This document shows positions 9,548 to 18,081 of a stretch of 64,000 nucleotides of DNA, piece after piece (position 1 is the stretch's first letter; each line of letters begins with the position of its first letter). The position numbers and the translations under genes are program-made. This DNA comes from Pirellulales bacterium (GTDB lineage: Bacteria; Planctomycetota; Planctomycetia; Pirellulales; PALSA-1355): the NCBI GenBank assembly GCA_963733035.1, contig CAVTBU010000005.1:1280001-1344000 (forward strand), given 5' to 3'. The notes below the pieces were generated by a model that had not been told where the DNA came from, made no database searches, and saw nothing but the letters and a program-made list of their open reading frames with translations.

Positions 9548-10462
9548 ATGCCGTCTTCTTATCCAATGTCGCTCGCCGACCGCTTTCCTGGTCGGGCTAC
9601 CGCCTGGCAGTTGCGCTCGCACCGGTTGCATTTACCGCGGCGGCCACTGGTGATGGGCATCGTCAACGTCACGCCAGATAGCTTTTCTGACGGCGGACAA
9701 TTCCTGGAGCACTCGGCGGCCGCGGACCACGCGCTCGAGTTGGTGACGGCCGGAGCGGACTTGCTCGACATCGGCGGCGAAAGCACGCGCCCCTATTCCG
9801 AATCTGTCGACGCAGGCACCGAACTTGCTCGCGTGCTGCCCGTGATCCAGGCCATTTCGCCTCATGTGCTGGTGCCAATCTCGATTGATACTTCCAAGGC
9901 CGAAGTTGCCAGGGAAGCGCTGGCCGCCGGGGCGGAGCTGATCAACGACATCACGGGTTTGACCGGCGACGATCAGATGCTCGGTGTGGCGATCGAGTCG
10001 CAGGCCGGCGTTTGTGCCATGCATATGCGGGGCAATCCGCAGACAATGCAAGACAACCCGACGTATGACGACGTCGTGGGCGAGGTTCTCGCCTTTCTCA
10101 AGCAGCGTCGCGACCAATTGGTGGCCGCCGGCATTCCGGCCGAGCGCATTGCCCTCGATCCGGGGATCGGTTTCGGCAAAACGCATCAACACAACCTGAC
10201 GCTTGCCGCCCATGCCCACCGGCTGCACGAGTTGGGTTGTCCGGTGCTGGTCGGCCCCTCGCGCAAGGCTTTCATCGGCAAGGTCATCGGAGACAAGCAG
10301 GCCAACCGCACGGCCGGCACGGCGGGCGTGGCACTGGCATTGGCTGTTCAGGGCGTGCAGGTTGTTCGCGTGCACGATGTCGCCGCCGTACGGCAGGCGC
10401 TGCTGCTGTTCGAGGCCTGCGGCGGCATCGATGGCGAAGCCGGAATCCTCGCCCAGGACTAG
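9548..10462 (+). CDS. folP: Dihydropteroate synthase
   Basis: VMGIVNVTPDSFSDGG, DIGGESTRP, DPGIGFGK, SRK and RVHDV motifs. Confidence 0.97.
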   Translation: MPSSYPMSLADRFPGRATAWQLRSHRLHLPRRPLVMGIVNVTPDSFSDGGQFLEHSAAADHALELVTAGADLLDIGGESTRPYSESVDAGTELARVLPVIQAISPHVLVPISIDTSKAEVAREALAAGAELINDITGLTGDDQMLGVAIESQAGVCAMHMRGNPQTMQDNPTYDDVVGEVLAFLKQRRDQLVAAGIPAERIALDPGIGFGKTHQHNLTLAAHAHRLHELGCPVLVGPSRKAFIGKVIGDKQANRTAGTAGVALALAVQGVQVVRVHDVAAVRQALLLFEACGGIDGEAGILAQD

Positions 10463-10503
10463 AATCTACGTGTAACTGCCGTTCGCGTCGGCAGATAGCG
10501 ACG

Positions 10504-10532
10504 TTGACCCTCGGCAATCGATGGGGGATACT
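10504..10532 (+). promoter_or_regulatory. Putative sigma70 promoter for proA
   Basis: TTGACC-17 bp-GATACT in the folP-proA intergenic region. Confidence 0.55.
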
Positions 10533-10644
10533 TGATAGGTCAACCGGCGAACGTTCGCTGCGACAAAAGCGTCTTGAATCGCAGGACGATGGCGACGATC
10601 CTACCGGTCGACGCTTCCGAAATCTTCGCTGAAAGTTAGCCCTC

Positions 10645-11919
10645 ATGGCCGTTGCCGAGACGTTTGACCTGCGCCGTTATTGCCTGGAAACCGCCGAACG
10701 CGCTAAGCGCGCGTCGCACGCCTTGGCATGCTTGGGAAGCGGCCAGAAAATTGCCTGGCTTAGGCGCGCTGCCGATTTGCTACGCAGCGAGCAGGAACCG
10801 CTTCTTCAGGCCAATGCGCAGGATGTCGCGGCGGCTCCTCAATTTGGTCTTTCACCGGCCCAGGTCGATCGACTGCGTCTGACCCCCGCGGTGATTGAGT
10901 CCATGGCTGTCGGCCTCGAGGAGGTCGCGGCACTGCCGGAGCCGATCGGCGAAATCATCGAATCCTCAATTCGGCCCAACGGCCTGTCCGTTCAAAAGGT
11001 GCGCGTGCCGCTGGGGGTCGTGTTCTTCATCTACGAATCGCGGCCAAACGTGACCGCCGACGCCGCGGCGATCTGCATCAAGAGTGGCAATGCCGTGATC
11101 CTGCGCGGCGGCAAGGAAGCCAGTCACTCGAACCGCGCCATCGTTTCACTGCTTGAGCGAGCCGCCGAGGAAATCGGGCTCCCCGAGGGAGCCGTGCAAT
11201 TGGTGTCAACAATCGACCGTGACGCCGTCGGGCATTTTCTCGGCCTTTCCGACTACATCGATCTGGCCATTCCACGCGGTGGCGAAAGCCTGATTCGTCG
11301 CGTCGCCGACGAAGCGCGGATGCCCGTGATCAAGCACTTCACCGGCAACTGCCACGTTTACGTGGACAGCGCCGCCGACTTGGAGATGGCCGAAAAGATC
11401 ACGGTGAATTCGAAATGCCAACGGTTCGGCACCTGCAATACGGCTGAGTCGCTGGTCGTGCATCGTGACGTGGCGGCGCAGTTCTTACCGCGTGTCGCCG
11501 CGGCGCTTGGGGAGTTTTCGATCGAATTGCGTGGCGACGCGCGCGCCAGGTCGTTGGTGCCGCAAGCCAAAGCCGCCAGCGAAGAGGATTTTGCCGCCGA
11601 ATACCTGGGCCCCATTATCTCGGTGAAGGTCGTCGACTCGCTCGATGAAGCGATTGCCCACATCAACCGGTACGGTTCAAAACATACCGATGCCATCGTA
11701 ACGGCGGACCTCGCGGCCGCTCGCAAATTCACCACCGCCGTCGATAGCGCGGCCGTGATGGTCAATGCCAGCACGCGGTTTAACGATGGCGGACAATTTG
11801 GCCTGGGTGCCGAAATCGGCATCAGCACCGACAAGTTTCATGCCCGCGGACCGTGCGGGATCAAGGAACTGACCAGCTACAAGTACGTCGTCTATGGCGA
11901 GGGACAGATTCGCGCATAG
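10645..11919 (+). CDS. proA: Gamma-glutamyl phosphate reductase
   Basis: [47 protein letters not shown] and GAEIGIST motifs. Confidence 0.97.
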   Translation: MAVAETFDLRRYCLETAERAKRASHALACLGSGQKIAWLRRAADLLRSEQEPLLQANAQDVAAAPQFGLSPAQVDRLRLTPAVIESMAVGLEEVAALPEPIGEIIESSIRPNGLSVQKVRVPLGVVFFIYESRPNVTADAAAICIKSGNAVILRGGKEASHSNRAIVSLLERAAEEIGLPEGAVQLVSTIDRDAVGHFLGLSDYIDLAIPRGGESLIRRVADEARMPVIKHFTGNCHVYVDSAADLEMAEKITVNSKCQRFGTCNTAESLVVHRDVAAQFLPRVAAALGEFSIELRGDARARSLVPQAKAASEEDFAAEYLGPIISVKVVDSLDEAIAHINRYGSKHTDAIVTADLAAARKFTTAVDSAAVMVNASTRFNDGGQFGLGAEIGISTDKFHARGPCGIKELTSYKYVVYGEGQIRA

Positions 11920-11959
11920 CGATCGAGTCGCGTTGCACACCCGGTAAGCGAGGCCAGGG

Positions 11960-12955
11960 ATGGCTGATGAATTGCTAAGCCCTGCGGAAATCGAAGTTCT
12001 GCTGGGCAGGCGGGCTGCTGCCGACGCCCAGCGCGTCGCTCCTCCACAGCCGAGCGACATCGAACTTCAGAATCGTCTGGCTGCCAGGCTGGCGCCGATT
12101 CATGAACACGCCGCCAGCCAGTTTGCCGCGGACCTGACATCGCTCGTACGCCGCGCGGCGCGCGTGAGTCCCTCGGCGTTCGAATGGATTGCGGCGTCGG
12201 GCTTTCTGGACATAGGCTCCGACGGCGCTACGTATTGCCGGCGAATCGACGTTGCGCCAATTGACGACCTCGTGCCCATCGATGGCCCTTGGTGGCTCAG
12301 TATTTCGCCGCCTGTGCACTACGCGATCGTCGATTGCATGCTCGGGGGCGGTCGTGAGGTGCGTGCTGATTTATGTCGCCCGCCCACCGAAATTGAACGA
12401 CGGCTAGTTGATCGTGCCGCAAAGCTTTTACTGAGCGCGCTTCGCGTGGCTTGGCACGATACGGCAACGTTGTCGCTTGAGCTATCCGACCTGACGAGTC
12501 CGTCAAACCGTCCCGGACCAAAAGCTATCGCCGCCAAGTACCTGCGGAGCCATTTTGCCCTGGATTTGGCGGGTGTGCGGGGAGACCTGTGCCTGGTAAT
12601 TCCGGCGACCACAATCGCGACGCTCTTTCCCCGCGATTGCGCCGGCGATGCGTCACAGGCATGTTGCTCGTCCGCCGCGAGCGGCATTCGGCCATCCGCG
12701 AGTTCGGGTGAGGTCATCGAACTCATGGCCTGTCTGGCTGAAACGGATATCTCACCCGACGAGCTTGCCGCATTGGAGTTGGGCGACATCATTGCCACGG
12801 ATCAGCAGGCGAACGATCCGATTCTGGTGTCGCAAGACGGAGAACTAAGATTTCGCGCGCATCTTGGGTCTTGGCAGGGACGCAAGGCATTGGAGATCGA
12901 GCAAGTGTTGCCTCCCTCCGGCGAAAGTGATGCACCTACGTCGAACGGCGCCTAG
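11960..12955 (+). CDS. FliM-like flagellar motor switch protein (divergent, orphan)
   Basis: N-terminal LSPAEIEVLL resembles the CheY-binding LSQxEIDALL peptide; IVDCMLGGG...RPPTEIE middle domain; SpoA-like C-terminus (LELGDII...FRAHLG). Confidence 0.75.
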   Translation: MADELLSPAEIEVLLGRRAAADAQRVAPPQPSDIELQNRLAARLAPIHEHAASQFAADLTSLVRRAARVSPSAFEWIAASGFLDIGSDGATYCRRIDVAPIDDLVPIDGPWWLSISPPVHYAIVDCMLGGGREVRADLCRPPTEIERRLVDRAAKLLLSALRVAWHDTATLSLELSDLTSPSNRPGPKAIAAKYLRSHFALDLAGVRGDLCLVIPATTIATLFPRDCAGDASQACCSSAASGIRPSASSGEVIELMACLAETDISPDELAALELGDIIATDQQANDPILVSQDGELRFRAHLGSWQGRKALEIEQVLPPSGESDAPTSNGA

Positions 12956-12982
12956 CAAACGGCGCGAGGCCCCGAGATGGCA

Positions 12983-13010
12983 TGGACGCGGTCTGCCAGC
13001 GCGCTATAAT
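12983..13010 (+). promoter_or_regulatory. Putative sigma70 promoter for trxB-asnS
   Basis: TGGACG-16 bp-TATAAT, about 80 bp upstream of trxB. Confidence 0.55.
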
Positions 13011-13090
13011 TCTCCTCCATCTCGCGGACCGAATGAAGTCGGGCGCGGCGGCCGCCCCACCTCTCTCCCTCGAACGTGGAAGGACATCCC

Positions 13091-14137
13091 TTGGCAGTGG
13101 AAAAAGTGGTCATCATTGGCAGTGGTCCCGCCGGCTGGTCGGCGGCCATTTATGCGGCCCGCGCCGAACTCCAACCGCTGGTGTTCGAAGGTGCAATCAC
13201 GGAAGAGAATCGCATTGCTGGCACCCTGCCGCTAGGACAGCTCAACCTCACGACCGAAGTCGAAAACTACGCCGGTTTTCCGGCCGGAGACCTGTCGGCT
13301 TTCTTGGACAACGCCATCGACGCGGAAACCCGGTCGATGATGGCTCCCCACTCCAAGCACTGCATCAGCGGCCCAGAGCTCATGGAACTGATGCGCCAAC
13401 AGGCCAAGAATTTTGGCACCCGGGTCGTGACGGATGACGTGGTCAAAGTCGACTTTCAAAATCACCCTTTCAAACTGGTAACGCTCGGCGGCGAGACCGT
13501 CGAGACCGAGTCGGTCATTGTGGCCACGGGCGCCCGGGCAAACTATTTGGGACTCCCATCGGAAGACGCGTTTAAGAATCGCGGCGTAAGCGCGTGCGCC
13601 GTGTGCGACGGGGCACTGCCCCGATTTCGCAACAAGCCGCTGGTGGTGGTGGGGGGCGGTGATTCGGCCGTCGAGGAAGCGAGTTACCTGACCAAGTTCG
13701 CCAGCACGGTCCACCTGGTTCATCGCCGCGATCAACTGCGGGCGTCGAAGATCATGGCCCAACGCGCCGAGTCGAACAAGAAGATCGACATTGTTTGGAA
13801 CCACGAACTTGGAGAAGTCGTCGGCACTGACAACGAGGGTGTCACCGGCGTGGTGCTCAACAGCACGAAAGGAGGCGACCACACGCGATTGGACGCCGCG
13901 GGGGTTTTCCTGGCGATCGGACATACGCCAAACACCGCTTTCCTCGACGGACAACTGACGTTGACCGAAAAGAAGTACATCGCCCTTACAACGCCGTTCC
14001 GGACCCACACCAGCGTGCCCGGCGTGTTTGCAGCTGGCGACGTGGCCGATGACTACTATCGACAGGCGATCACTTCGGCCGGTGCCGGCTGCATGGCCGC
14101 GCTCGACGCCGAGCGCTGGCTTGCCTCGCGGGAGTAA
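13091..14137 (+). CDS. trxB: Thioredoxin reductase
   Basis: [33 protein letters not shown] and GVFAAGDV motifs. Start (TTG 13091 or GTG 13097) uncertain. Confidence 0.95.
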   Translation: MAVEKVVIIGSGPAGWSAAIYAARAELQPLVFEGAITEENRIAGTLPLGQLNLTTEVENYAGFPAGDLSAFLDNAIDAETRSMMAPHSKHCISGPELMELMRQQAKNFGTRVVTDDVVKVDFQNHPFKLVTLGGETVETESVIVATGARANYLGLPSEDAFKNRGVSACAVCDGALPRFRNKPLVVVGGGDSAVEEASYLTKFASTVHLVHRRDQLRASKIMAQRAESNKKIDIVWNHELGEVVGTDNEGVTGVVLNSTKGGDHTRLDAAGVFLAIGHTPNTAFLDGQLTLTEKKYIALTTPFRTHTSVPGVFAAGDVADDYYRQAITSAGAGCMAALDAERWLASRE

Positions 14138-14143
14138 ACCGCC

Positions 14144-15535
14144 ATGCAAAGAATATCGGTGGCCCAGGCGCGGCAGGCGAAAGCGGCGGGCCAGTCCGCG
14201 CGGTTGCAGGGCTGGATTCGTACTCGTCGCGATTCCAAAGGTGGTTTCAGCTTCCTGGAGCTCAACGACGGCTCCTGTCTAAGTAACATCCAAATCGTCG
14301 CCGACGGCAGCTTGCCTAACTACGAGTCGGAAATCAAACATCTCTCGGCCGGCTGCAGCGTGACCGTGGAGGGCGAAATCAAGGCCTCGCCCGCAAAAGG
14401 CCAGGCGACCGAAATGCAGGCCCAGGCCGTAATCGTTCACGGCGGAGCCGACCCCGAGACGTATCCTCTGCAAAAAAAACGGCATTCGTTCGAATTCCTG
14501 CGAACACTAGCGCACTTGCGCCTGCGCACCAACACGTTTGGGGCCGTCGCCCGGGTGCGAAACTGCGTTTGCCGCTCGATTCACGGATTCTTTCAGGAAG
14601 AAGGATTTCTGTACGTTCATCCGCCGATCATTACGGCCAGCGACTGCGAAGGCGCAGGCGAGATGTTCAAGGTCACAACGCTCGATTTGGTCAACGTGCC
14701 CAAGGTGGCCGGCGCCGTCGACTACACGCAAGACTTTTTCGACCGACCCTCGTATCTGACCGTGAGCGGGCAGCTCGAAGCCGAAATCTTTGCCTGCGCG
14801 CTGGGCAAGGTTTACACCTTTGGCCCCACGTTCCGGGCCGAAAACTCCAACACCTCGCGCCACCTGGCGGAGTTCTGGATGGTCGAGCCGGAGATGGCGT
14901 TCTTCGAGCTGACCGATAACATGGACCTGGCCGAGCGATTCCTGAAGCGTATCTTCGGCGACGTGCTCACGCAGTGCGCCGAGGACATGGAATTCTTCGA
15001 CGAGCGAATCGAAAAAGGTATTCGCGCCACACTCGAAGGCGTGGTCAGCAGCCAATTCGTTCGGCTCCCCTACACCGAGGCCGTCGACATCCTCACCCGC
15101 TCCAAGCAAACGTTTGAGTTCCCGGTCTCCTGGGGTCACGACCTGCAGGCCGAACACGAGCGATATCTGACCGAACAGCATTTCCAGAAGCCGGTCATCT
15201 TGTTCGACTATCCCCGGTCGATCAAACCGTTCTACATGCGCGTCAACGACGATGGTCGCACGGTGCGCGCAATGGACATTCTGGTGCCCAAGGTCGGCGA
15301 AATCATCGGCGGCAGCCAGCGTGAGGAACGGCTCGACGTGATCACCGAGCGGATGAAGGAGCAAAAGCTCGATCCCGAGAGCTACTGGTGGTATCTCGAT
15401 CTGCGCCGCTACGGCAGCGTCCCCCATTCCGGCTTTGGCTTGGGCCTGGAACGCGTCGTGCAGTTCGCCACCGGCATGGCCAATATCCGCGATGTCATCC
15501 CGTTTCCACGGGTGCCGGGCAACGCGGATTTCTAG
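14144..15535 (+). CDS. asnS: Asparagine-tRNA ligase
   Basis: [45 protein letters not shown] and [11 protein letters not shown] motifs. Confidence 0.97.
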   Translation: MQRISVAQARQAKAAGQSARLQGWIRTRRDSKGGFSFLELNDGSCLSNIQIVADGSLPNYESEIKHLSAGCSVTVEGEIKASPAKGQATEMQAQAVIVHGGADPETYPLQKKRHSFEFLRTLAHLRLRTNTFGAVARVRNCVCRSIHGFFQEEGFLYVHPPIITASDCEGAGEMFKVTTLDLVNVPKVAGAVDYTQDFFDRPSYLTVSGQLEAEIFACALGKVYTFGPTFRAENSNTSRHLAEFWMVEPEMAFFELTDNMDLAERFLKRIFGDVLTQCAEDMEFFDERIEKGIRATLEGVVSSQFVRLPYTEAVDILTRSKQTFEFPVSWGHDLQAEHERYLTEQHFQKPVILFDYPRSIKPFYMRVNDDGRTVRAMDILVPKVGEIIGGSQREERLDVITERMKEQKLDPESYWWYLDLRRYGSVPHSGFGLGLERVVQFATGMANIRDVIPFPRVPGNADF

Positions 15536-15593
15536 CTGTCAAAACGTGGGATCCGGAGCGGACTAAGTGCCGGTCGCCTACGTGAGGGTGCGC

Positions 15594-15689
15594 CTATGAG
15601 GTTCGGCCCAGCGTCATGATGAACATGAGGCCCGCGACGAGGGTGCCGCAGAGCAAGAGCCACTCGTCGTAGCTAAAGGGGGTGGTCAT
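15594..15689 (-). CDS. Putative 31-aa single-pass membrane microprotein
   Basis: Manual translation MTTPFSYDEWLLLCGTLVAGLMFIMTLGRTS*; fills an intergenic gap; one hydrophobic helix; no clear SD. Confidence 0.5.
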   Translation of the reverse strand: MTTPFSYDEWLLLCGTLVAGLMFIMTLGRTS

Positions 15690-15985
15690 GGCATGTCGGT
15701 TTGGGGTGGGCGAAATTGGGAAGGTTCTCTTTGCCAACTTAGGTTTCAATTGCGGGCAGTGGCTGGCGGAATAGATTTGCCGAGTTCCGGCGAACTATCG
15801 GAATCAGTCGTATCGATTTTGCCGGGCGGCCGGCGGGCTCGAAACGGCTGAGTTGCTTGATTTTCCCGGCAAGGGGAAATAGGCTGAAGGTTCAGCCCGC
15901 CGTCATCTCCCGGCGGAACGGGGAGCTCTAACAAGCCCTCAGGCGGATCCCATCTCGACGCTGCACCCTTGAACACGGAAAGAAG

Positions 15986-17014
15986 ATGCGCGAAGTCTCA
16001 CTCACTCGGACGACCATTCGTGGCGCACAGATTGGACTGCTTGTTGCACTCATGGCGGCAACCGCTTTTACTGCCGCTGCCCGTGCCAGCACGCTCGTCA
16101 CGATTGACACGAACTTTGGCAACATCGAACTGGATTTGTTTAATGATGTGGCACCCACGACGGTCACCAATTTCGTGAATCTCGTGACCGCCGGGGACTA
16201 TTCGAACTCGATCATTCACCGCTCCATACCAAACTTTGTCATTCAAGGTGGCGGATTTAATACAAGCTCAACCTCGATCCCAAACAACGGCACGATTCCG
16301 TTGGAATACAAAATCGCCAACACGCGCGGGACGATATCAATGGCGCGCCTGTCGAGCCCCAACACGGCGAACAGCCAGTTTTTTATCAACACTGTCGACA
16401 ACACGACGACTCTGGGACCCGGCGGCTCCAGCACGGACGGCTATGCCGCATTTGGCTGGGTACTCAGTGGAATGGATGTCGTCGATGCGATTGCCGCCTT
16501 ACCTACTTACAACCTCTCAAATATTAATGGCGCCTTTACCAACTTACCGCTGCAAAACTACACGCAGGGCAATCCCCTCTCCAGCGCAAACGAGGCCGTA
16601 ATCAACAGTATCTCTATCGCCGAGCAACACCCCTCGTATCAAAATCCCATCTGGAACGTCGACGTCAACAACGATGGCAAACTGTCGACTGCGGACGTGA
16701 TGGTGATCGTCAATAGTATCCTGGCCAACGGCCCGAAGTTTTCCGCCGACAGCTCGAAGATCAGCAACACGTACAAATACTTCGACACCAACGGCGACAA
16801 TTTCGTTTCGCTCAGCGATCTGATGACGGTCGTCAACGCCATCCTCCGCGGCGACACGGCGCCCGCCTCACTGACCGCCACGCCGCTGGCCATGCCGTTG
16901 GTCGTGCCGGAACCCTCGTCGGCCGTGCTTTCCATGGCAGCCTGTCTCGCGCTGGGCACGATCGCCCTTCGCAGGCGCAAGCGGCGTCGTGGCGCGGCAA
17001 AAATGGCGGCTTAG
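15986..17014 (+). CDS. Secreted cyclophilin-type peptidyl-prolyl isomerase with dockerin-like domain and PEP-CTERM anchor
   Basis: Signal peptide; HRSIPNFVIQGGG, NTRGTISMAR, SQFFIN, GYAAFG; paired DVNNDGKLSTAD / DTNGDNFVSLSD loops; VPEPSS + TM helix + RRRKRRR. Confidence 0.9.
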   Translation: MREVSLTRTTIRGAQIGLLVALMAATAFTAAARASTLVTIDTNFGNIELDLFNDVAPTTVTNFVNLVTAGDYSNSIIHRSIPNFVIQGGGFNTSSTSIPNNGTIPLEYKIANTRGTISMARLSSPNTANSQFFINTVDNTTTLGPGGSSTDGYAAFGWVLSGMDVVDAIAALPTYNLSNINGAFTNLPLQNYTQGNPLSSANEAVINSISIAEQHPSYQNPIWNVDVNNDGKLSTADVMVIVNSILANGPKFSADSSKISNTYKYFDTNGDNFVSLSDLMTVVNAILRGDTAPASLTATPLAMPLVVPEPSSAVLSMAACLALGTIALRRRKRRRGAAKMAA

Positions 17015-17189
17015 AGGGGTGGATGCCGGCGCCGGGGCATTTCCAGCCGACGCGCGACTGGCCCTCGGCTGCCTCGCGCTGCATAATGGCGACACGCGGC
17101 GGGCCTTCCTGGCCCATCGTTCGCGCTCCGAGATCATCGGGGCATCCCACCGGCAAACCCGCTTCGTCACACCCAGAGCACACACCACG

Positions 17190-17891
17190 ATGAAACTTCC
17201 ACGCTTTGCCTCGCGCCGTTTCACCACGTTCCTTACCTGCTGCATGCTGGTCGTCGCCGCGACTGCCCAGGCGGCCGACAATACACCGCCCGAAGGTTTT
17301 GTCGCCCTCTTCAACGGCAAGGACCTGACCGGCTGGAAGGGTCTGGTTGCCAGTCCGCCGAAGCGTGCCAAGATGTCGGACGACGAATTGGCCGCGGCCC
17401 AGAAAGTTGCCGACCAGAAGATGCGCGACCACTGGAACGTCGAGGACGGCACGCTCGTCTTTGACGGCAAGGGGGACAGCCTGTGCACGGCCGACGACTA
17501 CGGCGATTTCGAAATGTACGTCGATTGGAAAATCCTCCCCAAGGGCGATAGCGGCATTTATTTGCGCGGCACCCCGCAGGTGCAGATTTGGGACCCGGAA
17601 GTTTCGGTGCCGGAGAAGGGCCTTGGCTCGGGCGGCCTGTTCAACAACCAGAAGCATCCCTCCAAGCCGCTGGTCAAGGCCGACAACCCGGTGGGCGAGT
17701 GGAACACGTTCCGCATCAAGATGGTCGGCGACAAGGTGACCATCTGGTTGAACGACACGCTGGTGGTCGACGACGTCGTGCTGGAGAACTATTGGGAGCG
17801 CGACAAGCCGATTTACCCCACCGGTCAGATCGAGCTGCAAAACCACGGCAACACGCTGTACTTCAAGAACATCTACTTGAAGAAACTGTAG
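17190..17891 (+). CDS. DUF1080 (3-keto-disaccharide hydrolase family) secreted protein
   Basis: Signal peptide; LFNGKDLTGW, YGDFEMYVDWK, DSGIYLRG, GEWNTFRI and IELQNHG...FKNI motifs. Confidence 0.92.
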   Translation: MKLPRFASRRFTTFLTCCMLVVAATAQAADNTPPEGFVALFNGKDLTGWKGLVASPPKRAKMSDDELAAAQKVADQKMRDHWNVEDGTLVFDGKGDSLCTADDYGDFEMYVDWKILPKGDSGIYLRGTPQVQIWDPEVSVPEKGLGSGGLFNNQKHPSKPLVKADNPVGEWNTFRIKMVGDKVTIWLNDTLVVDDVVLENYWERDKPIYPTGQIELQNHGNTLYFKNIYLKKL

Positions 17892-18081
17892 GCCGCTGTC
17901 GGGGTGCAAGTTTTGGCGGACGGGCGCCCCGGCGAGGCCGGGACCCGATGGGCTCGTAGGCGAACTCGCGGCCAGAGTCCACCGCGGAGCCCGCGTCCCG
18001 CATAGCGAGCGGGCGAAAGCAGAAACACGCGGTAACTCATTTCCGCGAGTCTATCTCGATTGGCCTTGGGCGTCGCCGCCT

